Shown here piece by piece: positions 38,701-49,339 of a stretch of DNA of 64,000 nucleotides. Origin of the DNA: Amoebophrya sp. A120 (lineage: Eukaryota; Protista; Dinoflagellata). Made by a program: the position numbers and the translations under genes. The notes below the pieces were generated by a model. It had not been told where the DNA came from. It did not search any database and saw only the letters and a program-made list of their open reading frames with translations. Every line of letters begins with the position of its first letter. Within the stretch, counting starts at the first letter, position 1. The stretch spans positions 208,354-272,353 of the forward strand of contig CAJINV010000002.1 of the NCBI GenBank assembly GCA_905178155.1, in the 5' to 3' direction.

Positions 38701-41700
38701 ACCTTGAAAAAGAAATTTGTGTTGCATGACTGCGATTAGTACGAGTACGATACTTTTGCAGTTCATACGGCGCTTGAACGGGACGGTTTCGGTGATTAAG
38801 TGCACCAGTATCCTATTTGAAAACGTCCCCACCCCATTTTTTGTAATGCAAATCTGCATGCTGAAAATGTTTCTCATGCGGAGCCTCATGAGAAGCAGTT
38901 TCTAGAAGTCGCGTTTTGCAATTTGTCATGCTCCAATCAGCATGGTATGCTAGGTCTGTGATGCTGCTGAGCTAGCTGAAACAGCACTACACTACGAATC
39001 CAAATTTGTGATGCAAAACAGCCAAAACTTGTGGATTTGTCTAGCCGATTCCCCATCTTGACTATGGTGTGGGGACATTTTTACTCAGGATAACCAGCTT
39101 GTCTTGTTCACGACGTTTGGAGATCATGATCTTCTGTCGATGCAATGAAAGAAGATCCTCCTGCGAGGACGTCGCCGACGGCCCTGATCTATTGTGAGAA
39201 AAAGATCCCCCCTCCCCATATCGGACAGGAAATTTGTGATGTTGGATTTGCATTGGTTTGTATTGCTACAATGGCAAGACGAGACGCAGTTGTTGCCTTG
39301 TTTGCAGGCAATTCGTCATGCTGTTTCCTACTTCCAGTTGCCTCCTGTCATGCTAAACATGCAAGGCCTTCCTACGCCAGCCAGCACTAGAGTCCGGATC
39401 TTTATTTCCCTTCTAGCATGACAACATGGTTTGTGGTCACAAATCAGCATCACAAATTTCCAGTTTGAGTATGGGATGGGGGATTTTTCATTTTGATATG
39501 ATGCAAGAGAATTTTTCGCGATGGAGGTGGCGCACGTGGACGTGGTCGAAGTGCCAGATGATGGTGAACAAACAGAGCCGCTAGTACAACAAGCAGATGC
39601 AGGTGGGACATCAAGACCAGCTGCTGCTGGTGCTGTGTCGTCAATCGGCGTCGCGGCGGCAGCCTCGGATGTTGTGGAGCATAAATTCTTAGTCTTGTCC
39701 AAGACTGACGTCGAGGGCGCAGTGGCACTTCTGCCGGAGGTGCCGGCGCCGGAGTTGTGGGACGAACCAGCGCTGGAGCTGGTGTCCGGAGATGTATCAA
39801 ATGCAAAAATGTCTGGGTCTGGAAACTTGTGATGCTAAAATGTGCATGATGAAGACACTTCCGAATGCAGTCCGGCATGAGAACTTCCCAAAACGCTCTC
39901 TCATAGGCAATCCGCATGAGAAGCTGCGTTTTTGCATGACAAAAGAGGCTGCGACTTTTGTTGGTTATGCAATACAGATTTTCTAGGTATGGAAAGCTAG
40001 CGTTACAAGTTCCAACCTTCCAGACCCAGACATTTTTACAATCCATAAGATGCTGGAGCAGACGATGTCATGACAACTTCCCCGACTTCTGCTGCATGCG
40101 GTAGTTCTAGTTCACCGTGGGTTAACATCTCATCTGGTGGGGGTGCAGCAGGAGCAACTTCCAGTGCCAGCTGCGCAGGAGTTGTACAACGACCTGTTTC
40201 GAATTCGACGACACCAGGGACGCCATCTTCTAGGCCGGGTAATGCCGCACAGGGCGTGTTATGCATTTGCATTGCAAAAGTATCGCACTCGCATAAATTA
40301 TGCATTTCCTCACCGGCATGAGAAACAAAATTTGTGATGCGGATTAAGCTTAAGAACAAGATTTGCAGTTCATGTTTGCAATTACTACGAGCACGATACT
40401 TTTTCACAGGATACGTGTTCTTGTCCAGAGCTAGCTGCTTTTCAACGTCCTCCACGCTGGTCTGTGGCACTTTGATATCCTAGGGAAAAACGTGTTCCCA
40501 AGCCCGCAGTTACTATGTGGAGTCATCTGCTACACAAATCCACAAGTTTTGGCTGTCGCGCATGACAAGTTTAGGTTCGCAGAGCCGTATTATCCTATTT
40601 AGCTAGTGCAACCCGATCACAAAAAAACAACTACCTCATCCTGATTCAAGCATGACAGAGTCCCAGCAAGCATCCCCATGGGGCTGCGCATGAGAAATGT
40701 AAATGTTGTAGACCTGCAGATTTGCATGACAACTTTGGGCTGGCGACGTTTTTACGCAGGATACTTGAGACTCACCTCGTGCACCCCGCCCTCGGGCAGC
40801 TTATGGAAGCGTCAGGTTTGAAATCGACAAAGTTGAAATAATTTGTCATGCACAAAATGCATGGCCCGAGGTACGTGTGTTGCAGAGCAGGCAAGTGAGG
40901 CCGATTGTAAGCCTGTTTGGGGTTACAGTCCGAGCTGCTGAAGTAGCATGAGAAAATCACTCCTCTTTGCCTAAACAGCATGACAAACTGGATGTAGGGA
41001 CCACCGAAATTTGTCTTGCGCCACTTGGAAACTGGGTTCCAACTTGGTGCATCCGTTTTATGCATGACAAATTATCTCAACTTTGTCGATTTCAACTCTG
41101 ACACATCCATACAGCTGGTACTTCCGGTAGTGCGGCAGCGGAACGGCTTTCCGCCCGGTACGCTTGAACCGGAGTTGCCGTTGATTAACGCCATATGGGG
41201 GTGTCAGAATCGAAATTGAGAAAATCAAAAAACTTGCGATGCACAAAATCGATGTCAGTTGGAGCCTCAGTTCCCAAGTGGCGCATGACAAATTTCGGGA
41301 GCACACAAATCCAGTCTGCAATGCTGTTTGGGAACAGAAGACTGCTCCTGTCATGCTACTCTGGCAGCACCTTGTATACCCCTAAACAGGCTTACAGCGG
41401 TCTCATTTTCCTGCTCCCCAATACAGGTCTTCAGTGTCCTACATTTTACGCATCACAAATTTTTCGATTTTCGCGATTTCGATCCTGACACATGCATAAG
41501 CCAGGAGTTGTATTTATGGTACTAAAAACTACGGGCCTCCACGACGAGCAGCTCGAGGTCGGGCCAACTATGGAGTTCTCAGCTGTTACATTCTCAACTG
41601 TTGCATGAATTTGTCATGCAAAAACACCACCATCATCCTCACGATCAAGCTGCTCCGCATGACAAATTTGCGAAGGGCTAAGCCGCGCCTAAATCTGCGC

Positions 41701-42118
41701 CAAACTTGTAATGCAAAAGGCGCAATCTTCCTTCTTTCACTTTTGCCAGTCTTGCATTACAAACTCATGTAACAGTTGAGAATGTAACATTTGAGAAGCG
41801 GTACGCTTGAACCGGAGTTGCCGTTGATTAAAGCCTATGAACTGCAAAAGTATCGTACTCGTATAAATGCATTACAAATTTTCTCAGCATGAGAAATAAA
41901 ATTTGTAATGCTGATTTGCCTTGACAAAGAAATTTGTAATGCAAGACCTGCATTTATACGAGTACGATACTTTTGCAATGCATAAAGCCAGGAGAAGTTG
42001 TATTTATTTTCAAATCGGACCTCCACCTCCACGACGAGCAGTTCGAGGTCGGACCAACACCAACTTGCGTCGGATGAACCACGACATTGGCGGCCCGGTG
42101 TGAAACAAGCGCGTTCAT
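29295..42118 (-). CDS. Gene 3: helical-repeat protein with C-terminal RAP-like domain (organellar RNA-binding type), 23 introns; start uncertain
   Basis: Junctions checked join in frame. LLTGSAAFRERVLRMYGFEVEY resembles the RAP C-terminal motif. Helical-repeat-like segments (DDYARLARGFAQLGYPSRDFF, LLCDLMISCANLGMK, VVSSIAVKADYYEPELFQKV). Basic N-terminus. Confidence 0.7.
30142..30324. mobile_element. Introner family C, degenerate
   Basis: TIR, TSD GGTAG/GATAG. Confidence 0.87.
30808..31066. mobile_element. Introner family B
   Basis: TIR, TSD GTGCA/GTGCA. Confidence 0.9.
31404..31553. mobile_element. Introner family C
   Basis: TIR, TSD TCGAA/TCGAA. Confidence 0.9.
32783..33054. mobile_element. 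Introner family B
   Basis: TIR, TSD AGGCA/AGGCA. Confidence 0.9.
33115..35004. mobile_element. Introner family A expanded to 1.89 kb by a nested insertion
   Basis: TATCCTGTGTAAAAAC ... GTTTTTACACCGGATA, TSD TTCGT/TTCGT; removal joins ADYYE-PELFQK in frame. Confidence 0.88.
33325..34935. mobile_element. Degenerate hAT-like non-autonomous DNA element nested in an introner
   Basis: 8-bp TSD CATGCGTG (33317-33324, 34936-34943), CAG...CTG termini, imperfect ~22-bp TIR; no transposase recognised. Confidence 0.72.
35249..35472. mobile_element. Introner family F
   Basis: TIR, TSD GCACT/GAACT. Confidence 0.9.
35528..35834. mobile_element. Introner family G
   Basis: TIR, TSD AGGCG/AGGCG. Confidence 0.92.
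35972..36110. mobile_element. Introner family C
   Basis: TIR, TSD AATTG/CATTG. Confidence 0.88.
36457..36764. mobile_element. Introner family H-like
   Basis: TATTACAACGAAAGATGCC...GGCATTTTTCACTGTAATA, TSD CGAGA/CGAGA. Confidence 0.87.
36811..36959. mobile_element. Introner family C
   Basis: TIR, TSD TTGTA/TTGTA. Confidence 0.92.
37180..37360. mobile_element. Introner family C, degenerate
   Basis: Degenerate TIR, TSD GGTAC/AGTGC. Confidence 0.8.
37838..37992. mobile_element. Introner family C
   Basis: TIR, TSD TGGTT/TGGTT. Confidence 0.92.
38198..38407. mobile_element. Introner family D (opposite orientation to 4309)
   Basis: TIR, TSD GAACA/GAACA. Confidence 0.9.
38618..38767. mobile_element. 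Introner family C
   Basis: TIR, TSD CGGCG/CGGCG. Confidence 0.92.
38809..39092. mobile_element. Introner family A
   Basis: TIR, TSD ACCAG/ACCAG. Confidence 0.9.
39190..39498. mobile_element. Introner family H
   Basis: TIR, TSD TGATC/TGATG. Confidence 0.88.
39795..40047. mobile_element. Introner family B
   Basis: TIR, TSD AGATG/AGATG. Confidence 0.92.
40260..40413. mobile_element. Introner family C
   Basis: TIR, TSD CGTGT/CGTGT. Confidence 0.9.
40476..40763. mobile_element. Introner family A, degenerate
   Basis: Imperfect TIR, TSD TTTGA/CTTGA. Confidence 0.85.
40802..41111. mobile_element. Introner family G
   Basis: TIR, TSD CAGCT/CAGCT. Confidence 0.92.
41194..41498. mobile_element. Introner family G
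   Basis: TIR, TSD CGCCA/AGCCA. Confidence 0.9.
41569..41803. mobile_element. Introner family D at an exon-duplication junction
   Basis: Family D TIR, right tip altered (GAGAAGCGGTA), no matching TSD; element+5 nt keeps frame. Confidence 0.85.
41836..41984. mobile_element. Introner family C
   Basis: TIR, TSD AAGCC/AAGCC. Confidence 0.92.
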
Positions 42119-45030
42119 TTCTCGACGTCCAAAGCTGTTGTTGATCAAGGCAGCTGAACGGGATGAAGATGGCTTCGACAGTACTAGACCTCTAGCAGTC
42201 GTGCTCTTTTGGCCGCGACGCTGCTGCCTACTACTTCGACTTCCTAGGGCCGCACAGAAGATGTTGCAGCCTCTAGTAGCAAAGGAAGGACATGTTGTAC
42301 TTGTTGCAAATCCAACATCACGTTCTTGGTCGTACTGTTCACAACGTTGCGGAGATCACCTGAAGCCCAACCGAGGCCGACCCCCACGACGGAATCCACG
42401 ACCGCATAGTTACATCAATCTGATCCTCGTCACACTGTGAAGTAGAAGTAGTGGTCGAAGGTGCGCACCAGCTCCATCCACAAATCTTCCCCAGTTATTG
42501 TTTCGGCAGCCACCTGCTCGCGCGACGACGAGCTTGAGCCAATCTTCGTCACTTCCAGCCAGCTGCACGGCTTGGTGCAGCCCCTTCTTTGCGCGAGAAA
42601 GAACGGCTCGCATGGCATTTCACGTCGAAGCGCTGAGGATATAAAAACTTTGTGCGCGACCACAGCGCCAGCGCATAGGAGCAACCGATGCTCTCGAGAA
42701 AGAGAATTAACACAACTGGAGGTGCTTGACACAACTGGACGAGGTGCGGTTTTTGCAGTTGTCTGTTTCCAATGTATCGAGGACGACACTTGGCCCTGCA
42801 ATTGTAGTGTCAGAAAAGCAGTTAAAGTAGAACAATTCAATATGATTTCTCCGCAAGAAGTAGTACGTAGAACGGAGTAACATGTAATGCCAAAACTTCC
42901 GCGATGAAGCAAGAGCGTGTATCAAATCAAAAACGAAACGCCACGTAGAGCCGAATGTTGGACCATCAACTGAACAAAACCTCGTCTGACGCAATGCTTT
43001 ATCGATTCTTGAACTGATTGCAATTGGAACTGATTTTGAACGCCAGTAGCCGATTTGCCATGTAGTATCATCCAGTGAACAAAGTAAAAACATCTTCTTG
43101 AGCAGATCTTGATTACGTGCACCTAGACCAGTTGTATACGACGGAGTTTATTCTCCTCTTTCCTCGAAATAGTGGCACGGGACCGGCGAGAGTTCTTCGG
43201 CGGGGGAGTAGCAACTAAATTTCTACACCCCGGCGGTCTTCTTTTTCTTCAAGATCCAGATCATCATACCTTGAAATAGAGAATGTGAATCGAAGATGGG
43301 GCGATCGTACTCTGAAAAAGAACAAGTGCCTCACTTGATGCCGAAGAAAGCCATGGGAGGCCGCGATAGGTACTCGATAGGTGCTCCTACATGTTGATGC
43401 CCATATCGTAATTATTTCCTTCCCTCTTTTTCCTTCTTGTTCTTTTTAAATCAGTAGACCGTACTAGCCGCCAAGATGTCACAGGCTGGATTTGGTGCAA
43501 GCGGTTCAATCGTGGACTGATAACGGTTGGCCTTCGGCACGATCCGCGTTTCAAGGCTACGCCTTTAACTTTCTATGCATCATACATGGTTAAACAGTGC
43601 TATTAAGTACAAAGACCGTGGTCAGCACAAAATGCGGCAACAATATCAAGAGCGAAACAGGTTGTAACAGCAGCACGTTGATGCTATTAAGATAAGAGTA
43701 AGATAAGTGGGCCCTAATTCATGACGGAATGGCTTCTTCATCTTCATCTCGTGGCCACTTCCCCGTAGTTTCAACTTATCTATGATGGTACTACTTACTC
43801 AATCCACCACTAGATGATCACTAGAAGATCACAAAAGAAGTACACAAACCAAAAGCTGCAAAAGGTAACTGTCCAAATCAAAAGCTGCGAAACAGGCAAA
43901 AAAAAATATAGGAACGCAAAACCAGACCAAATCAAAACTGTGCACCCCCTTAGCCAGCATGCGAAGGAGCACACTTAACATTTCTAATGATAGAGACCAA
44001 TACGCTGCACCACCACCCCACACAAGCAAAGTCTTTGTATGAATATAGTGTTCTGGCTTTTGCTTTTTCGATCTGGGGCCCAGCACTACAACTTGTGGCG
44101 ACGGCAAGAATTCGACTCTATTCTATCCGAGCCGAGCCGAGTAAATCCTTTAAGGTTTTCAATACGGAAGCCAGTGCTTTGATATTTTTTTGCGATAGCA
44201 ATTTTACACTTGGCGCGGGGCCGCAATTCGGAACTGAGCCTCCAACCTCACCAGCTTCAGGAAAAAAGGCATGATACTGGTCGAAAGCGATGAGGCGAAT
44301 TTGCGTACGTGTACTTGTATCTTACCATGAAAAGAAATAATCATACAATCGGAGCGCTGTATTATGCATGCTGCATAAAACTACGCACCTTTAGATCTAA
44401 CTATCTACTCTAGCGCGATCAGTATATCCATTTAAGATTTGTAGTTGTACTTGATGATGTTGGCAGTGTGCCCTTTAGCGGACTGCTGCGTGCTACTCCC
44501 TCCTCCAGCCCGAGAGCAGCTGAACGCCGATCCTCTATGACGAACAGTTGATCTATACCATAAGGGCGCGGCTGTTATAAGGCTAGGTTTTTTCGGACTT
44601 GGGTGTGGGCCACACTCTCACACACGTCGTTCAGGGGGGACCAAAAACGCACACACCGCAGCACTGAGCATAAGTGTAGGGCGGGTCTGGTCAACGACCG
44701 AGCCGAGGCAATAAGCCTTGTTTTTTAGGTCCGGCGCGGGGAGCACTTAAGCTCCACAGCGGCTCGGTCGCTAAAGCTCGAGCACCGGACCCACTGCGTA
44801 TGCCATGACGCAGCACATACATGAACGACGTCCCACAGTCAGTGATTACCTCTGGACGAGCTTGGCCAGAAGAAGCACGCACCGACCTCCCAAACCGGCA
44901 GTTGTACTTACTTGTTGTAGAAATAATAAGATACCGCTTGCATTAAATTATCATTATACATTGTACTTATGAAAATGACCAGAGTTGTGGTTCTTGTCAA
45001 GAATAGTAACTCGTTGTCGGAAAGTTCCAG

Positions 45031-45179
45031 TATGAACTGCAAAAGTATCGTACTCGTATAAATGCATGACAAATCTTCTAAGTATGAGAAATGAAATTTG
45101 TCATGCTGATTTACTTTAAGAAAAAAATTTGTAATGCAAGACTTGCATTTATACGAATGCGATACTTTTGCACAGGATA
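45031..45179. mobile_element. Introner family C (apparently in the 3' UTR of gene 4)
   Basis: TIR, TSD TCCAG/TCCAG. Confidence 0.9.
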
Positions 45180-45363
45180 TCCAGGGACTGCAGTAGATAA
45201 ACGCTCGACGCTGCCACTTGCCAGAGTTTGCAGTGCTGAAGGACCGCACACAAGCATGAGGGCTTCCACTGAACAGCTTCACCAGTAGATCACTTTGGTA
45301 GAAGCAAGGAGCGAGAGCCTCTTTAGTAGGTACGTGCTAGATACCGTGCGTTGTCCCCGTCGA

Positions 45364-48300
45364 TTATAGGTAGATGCTAGACGGCCTTTTAGGCTTTTCG
45401 ACATCCGTAGGCATCAAGAGCTCAATGCTACCGAACAAACGGAGGGCATTATTCAAGGGGTCGCTGACGATCTGCAACTTTTCTACGGTCATCCCCCTTC
45501 CAAGCGCCGCGCTGTCAAACTTGAAAACGCAGTCTAATTGGTAGGACCTCCAGTGCCGCGCGGGACCATGGGCAGCGAAGCTGACGGTCAAATAGCGTTC
45601 CGTGCCACGAGTGGTTTCACTTGTTTCTGGGGTTGTTTGTTTCATCTCAAAGGCTCTTCCTTCCGGAGGCGTGCGTGAAAAGGAGGCGCGCACCGTGCTA
45701 CCCGTCCGAAAGTCCCGAAGGGAGAAATTGTAATCGTTATCGCTTCTCGATTATCGACATTGCAAAAGTATCGCTGGCGTGACCGTACTAGCAGAAATTG
45801 CATGACAAACCTTATTTGCAGAAATTCCTAATAAAAGTAGGCGGTGTTAATGCTGATTCGGGTTCAGGCAAAGAAAGAAGAAGACTCGTCATGCATTACT
45901 GCAATTCGCACGATAGTAAGCGCCTGCGATTCTTTTGCAGAGGATATCGATACCTGGCTCGCGAACGCCCGGGTAACGAACACCCACTCGCCTATGGTCC
46001 ACTGCTTGGATATCCTGAGTAAAAACGTACCCACGCCAGAGTTGTAATGCTAAAAGGAATTGCAGCACACTTTGCCCCCCCCTCTGCCCCAGGCCGCAGA
46101 TGGCTTGACACGCAGGGGGGGTAGGTCAGGCGGACACCGAAGCGCCATCACCATCATCTCCCGGCCGCTCCATACTATACTCGCAAACAACCAACTTTTC
46201 GCCACCAACCAACTTTTTTGCCAACCACCAACATTTTTTGCCAACAGTATCAACCTCATTTCCTACCAACTTTGCCAACTAACGCCAGAGTTGTAATGCA
46301 GATTTGCAAAGACAGGAAGACTTGTAATGCGCATCCCCATGAGAGCCATTTCCAGTCGTGTTTTGGAATTTGTGATGCTGTGAACAGGATGAGCAGATGG
46401 ATTTCTGATGCGTTTGCCCTTGCTATAGCCTGCACTACACTGCATAGTGCAATTTGTCATGCGTGACTCACAAAACTCCTAGGTTTGTGTTGCAAAATCC
46501 CCATCCTGACTCTGGTGTGGGTACGTTTTTACTCAGGATATTGGATGGCCGAGGAGCCGGTATCGTGGATACCGGCTCATTATCCTGTGCAAAAGTATCG
46601 TACTCGTATAAATGCAAGTCTTGCATTACAAATCCTTTTCTTAAGGTTAAGGCAGATCCGCATTACAAATTTCATTTCTCATGCAGAGGAAATTTGTAAT
46701 GCATTTATACGAGTACGATACTTTTGCAATGCATACTCATCGGCCGGCAGATTAATCTTCAGCTGCATGGCGCTGAGGAGCGGTTTGAGCTTTTCGATTC
46801 GTTCTGCCTTCCGCCGCCGTGCTGCCGCGAGCTGCCTTTGAAATCTCTCAGACTGCTGCCAGCGCGTGAGATCGGCGTAACCTGGCATCGCTGTCTCGTG
46901 GTCCGCCCGCGGGGGGCACAAGTATCTTCACATTCGCGTCGTCCTCCTCCTGAACATGCGGTGTGATGAAGCCGTAGGCCTCCTTGCCGGTCTTATAAAA
47001 CGTAAACTGCCCGATGGCCTTGCCGTCCTCGTTTCGCATGAAAGCCGGAATGGGAAGGTCTTGTGGCGGGTCCCGTCTGGGAGTGTTAATGCGGTGCATC
47101 TGCGCCTGGCCCCGGTTCTCAGCAGCGAACTTTGTACTGCTCTGGCCCGCTGCCGTCGTCTGCCTGTCGGAGCAAGTGTGTTGACCTCCCCCATATCGTT
47201 GCCGCGCACCAGCAGACGGCCCTGCATTGTTGTTGTACAATTCCTCCTCATCTGCATAGAGATGCGGATCGTGCGTATATTTCGCGCTGCCCACTGAGGA
47301 AGACGTTGGTGGGCTGACGAAGTTGCTCTTCGAAGTCTGTAAGCTGTTCGCCCTACTCTTCTGTTGCAAATCGAAGCCGTTGCGCGAGAAAGAGCGATCA
47401 CTTGTCAGGCGCACAGCGGTGGACGTTCCAAACGTTTGTTTCCCGCTTGACGAGGCGGCGCTCCTCAATATATTTTGACTGCCTCTATGCGTGGTGGGAG
47501 GGCCCATCATCATCTTGTTCCGCACAGTGCCTCTAGTAGTGCTGCTATGCGGTTCTTCTGCATCCTCCCCGTACGACATCGTAACCCGTGGCTCGTCTCT
47601 CGCCGGAGGAAGCAGTTTAGAAATTCATACTGGCATCTTCTCCCGACCCTCTTCAAAGCGCGACTCGTGCAGCGCGATTCGTGGCCAGTCCCACTTAGTC
47701 AAATCTTGCGTAGCCCGTGAAGATCACCGCGTCATCTCACGCGGAGAACATGACGCGCAAAAAAGAAAAAAACGTATCACAGTTCGTCGCTCGCCCTCGA
47801 CCGAAACGCGACCTGTAGCTGAAGAAAGACCGCGCACTCCTTCAGCAAGCTCCCACCAGCTAGTGCTCGGCATTTAACGTCCTCCGCAACGGTAAGAGAA
47901 CGGCAAAAGCAACGGTAGGAGAACGGTAAGAGAACGGTTACGCAGCGTTACGCAGCGTTTCTCATTTGTAGTATAATTTGTCCAAGTGAAGTGGCCGCGG
48001 CCATCAAAAAGGAGCCATTATCATACACCCGCGTTGATCATCATACACCCGCGTTGATCATCATCACTGTCTCGTGGTCCGCCCGCGGAGGGCACAAGTT
48101 CGGACACTGTGGGGCACGAAGACGATCGTCGTGGACACAGAGGTTCTCTTCTTTCTCGAAAAACAGCTCGGGCATATCAACTGCAAATACCGAAGACGGA
48201 TCGGGGTGTGAAAGTAGAGTGCAAGATGTGTCATGATGCGTCTCGCACTCCATAGTACGCAGCATGGTCTAGAATGCACACAAAGACATCACAGATAATT

Positions 48301-49339
48301 CTACTGCGAGATCTTCCTCAAGCCTATCCAAAATGAGGAGTCCGCACCTTGCCTAGCAAGAAGTGGGCAACTACTTTTGGCGTTCATTTACGCAATACAG
48401 ATTTTTATTTCGGGAAGATCAAGATCGAAGCTTGCTTTATTTATGACAATCTGTTTCCTGCTTCCAGACTTTAATCTTCGATATTTGCAATGCGTAGAAC
48501 ACATGGCGCAACAAAAAGGAAGCATCCATTTCGCCGAGCTCAATTCGCTCGCCATCAAGCATATCATATGTAAAAAGGTCCCCACCCCGTAGTGAAGTTG
48601 CTGCGAACTCTGCAGCACAAGTCCGGAAGTTTTATTGGAAGCCACGCATGACAAGTTGTGGTCCGTAGTGAAGTGCAGGGTCCTAGGAAGGACAGCCGCA
48701 TTACAAATCCATCTGCTTATCCTGTTCACAGCATTATACAAATTTCCAAACACGTCGATTGAAAACGTAAACGGCTGTTGTGGGATGCGCATTACAACTG
48801 TTCACGTTCCTGCACCCGAAATTACCAATCTGCATCACAAGTCAAACTCTGGGGTGGGGACGTTTTTCCACAGGATAAAGCATAGTAATTCTATCCGGCT
48901 CCCCCTGGCCGGCATCTAGCTTTTCTTCGAACGTTCTGCGAGCCTGTTCCAGCCGTTTGCCCAACAATTCGTGTACAGGCCGGCGCAAAGCGTCCTCTTG
49001 ACCACCGAAAACCGTCTTGACAAAGTGGCTGTAGAAGTGCGCCACGCCAATGGCGCGCATCGTGCGGTTCACACGCTCCAGATCTTGGGAAATAAACGGG
49101 GACGGTGCGGGAGAATGTAAAAAGCTCGCAATCTGCTTTCCGTGCAGGTCCAGCCGAAGAGCGCCATTGGTCTGGCTCTGGTGGCTGGCTTGTAGTTCCG
49201 CATGACCTTCTTCTTCCTGCGAACTACCCGTCCCGGAGGCCAAAGTCAACCCGGCCGAGGACGACGGCGAGGCCTTCAAGGCGACGACGAAAAAGTCTTG
49301 GCGCCCCAAGAGCGTCGCGACTGCCAAGCGCTTCATCAT
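45364..49339 (-). CDS. Gene 4: unknown protein, 5 introners, interrupted by a 1.14-kb insertion (possibly disrupted)
   Basis: MMKRLAVATLL... exons join in frame across introners; the frame LCPPRADHET at ~48090 resumes at the duplicate copy at ~46915; stop at 45364. Confidence 0.62.
45752..45946. mobile_element. Introner family C, degenerate
   Basis: Degenerate TIR, TSD TCGAT/TCGAT. Confidence 0.82.
46011..46540. mobile_element. Introner family A with nested 231-bp insertion
   Basis: TIR, TSD TTGGA/TTGGA. Confidence 0.9.
46051..46281. mobile_element. Nested insertion with 18-bp target duplication and CCAAC/GCCAAC-rich tail
   Basis: ACGCCAGAGTTGTAATGC at 46033-46050 and 46282-46299. Confidence 0.75.
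46581..46735. mobile_element. Introner family C
   Basis: TIR, TSD CTCAT/CTCAT. Confidence 0.92.
46924..48061 (-). other. 1.14-kb insertion between 38-bp direct repeats, carrying a truncated ORF that ends in a cold-shock/OB-fold-like segment
   Basis: Repeats at 46886-46923 and 48062-48099 (2 mismatches); ORF from 47579 ends GQFTFYKTGKEAYGFITPH. Confidence 0.65.
48175..48496. mobile_element. Introner family B-like, degenerate
   Basis: TATCAACTGCAAATA...TATTTGCAATGCGTA, TSD GGGCA/GAACA; frame restored. Confidence 0.78.
48562..48877. mobile_element. Introner family A, degenerate
   Basis: TIR, TSD AAGCA/AAGCA. Confidence 0.87.

Noticed and set aside
42400-44900. Short ORFs on both strands as genes
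   Set aside because: No recognisable domain, no introners, and no consistent joined frame.
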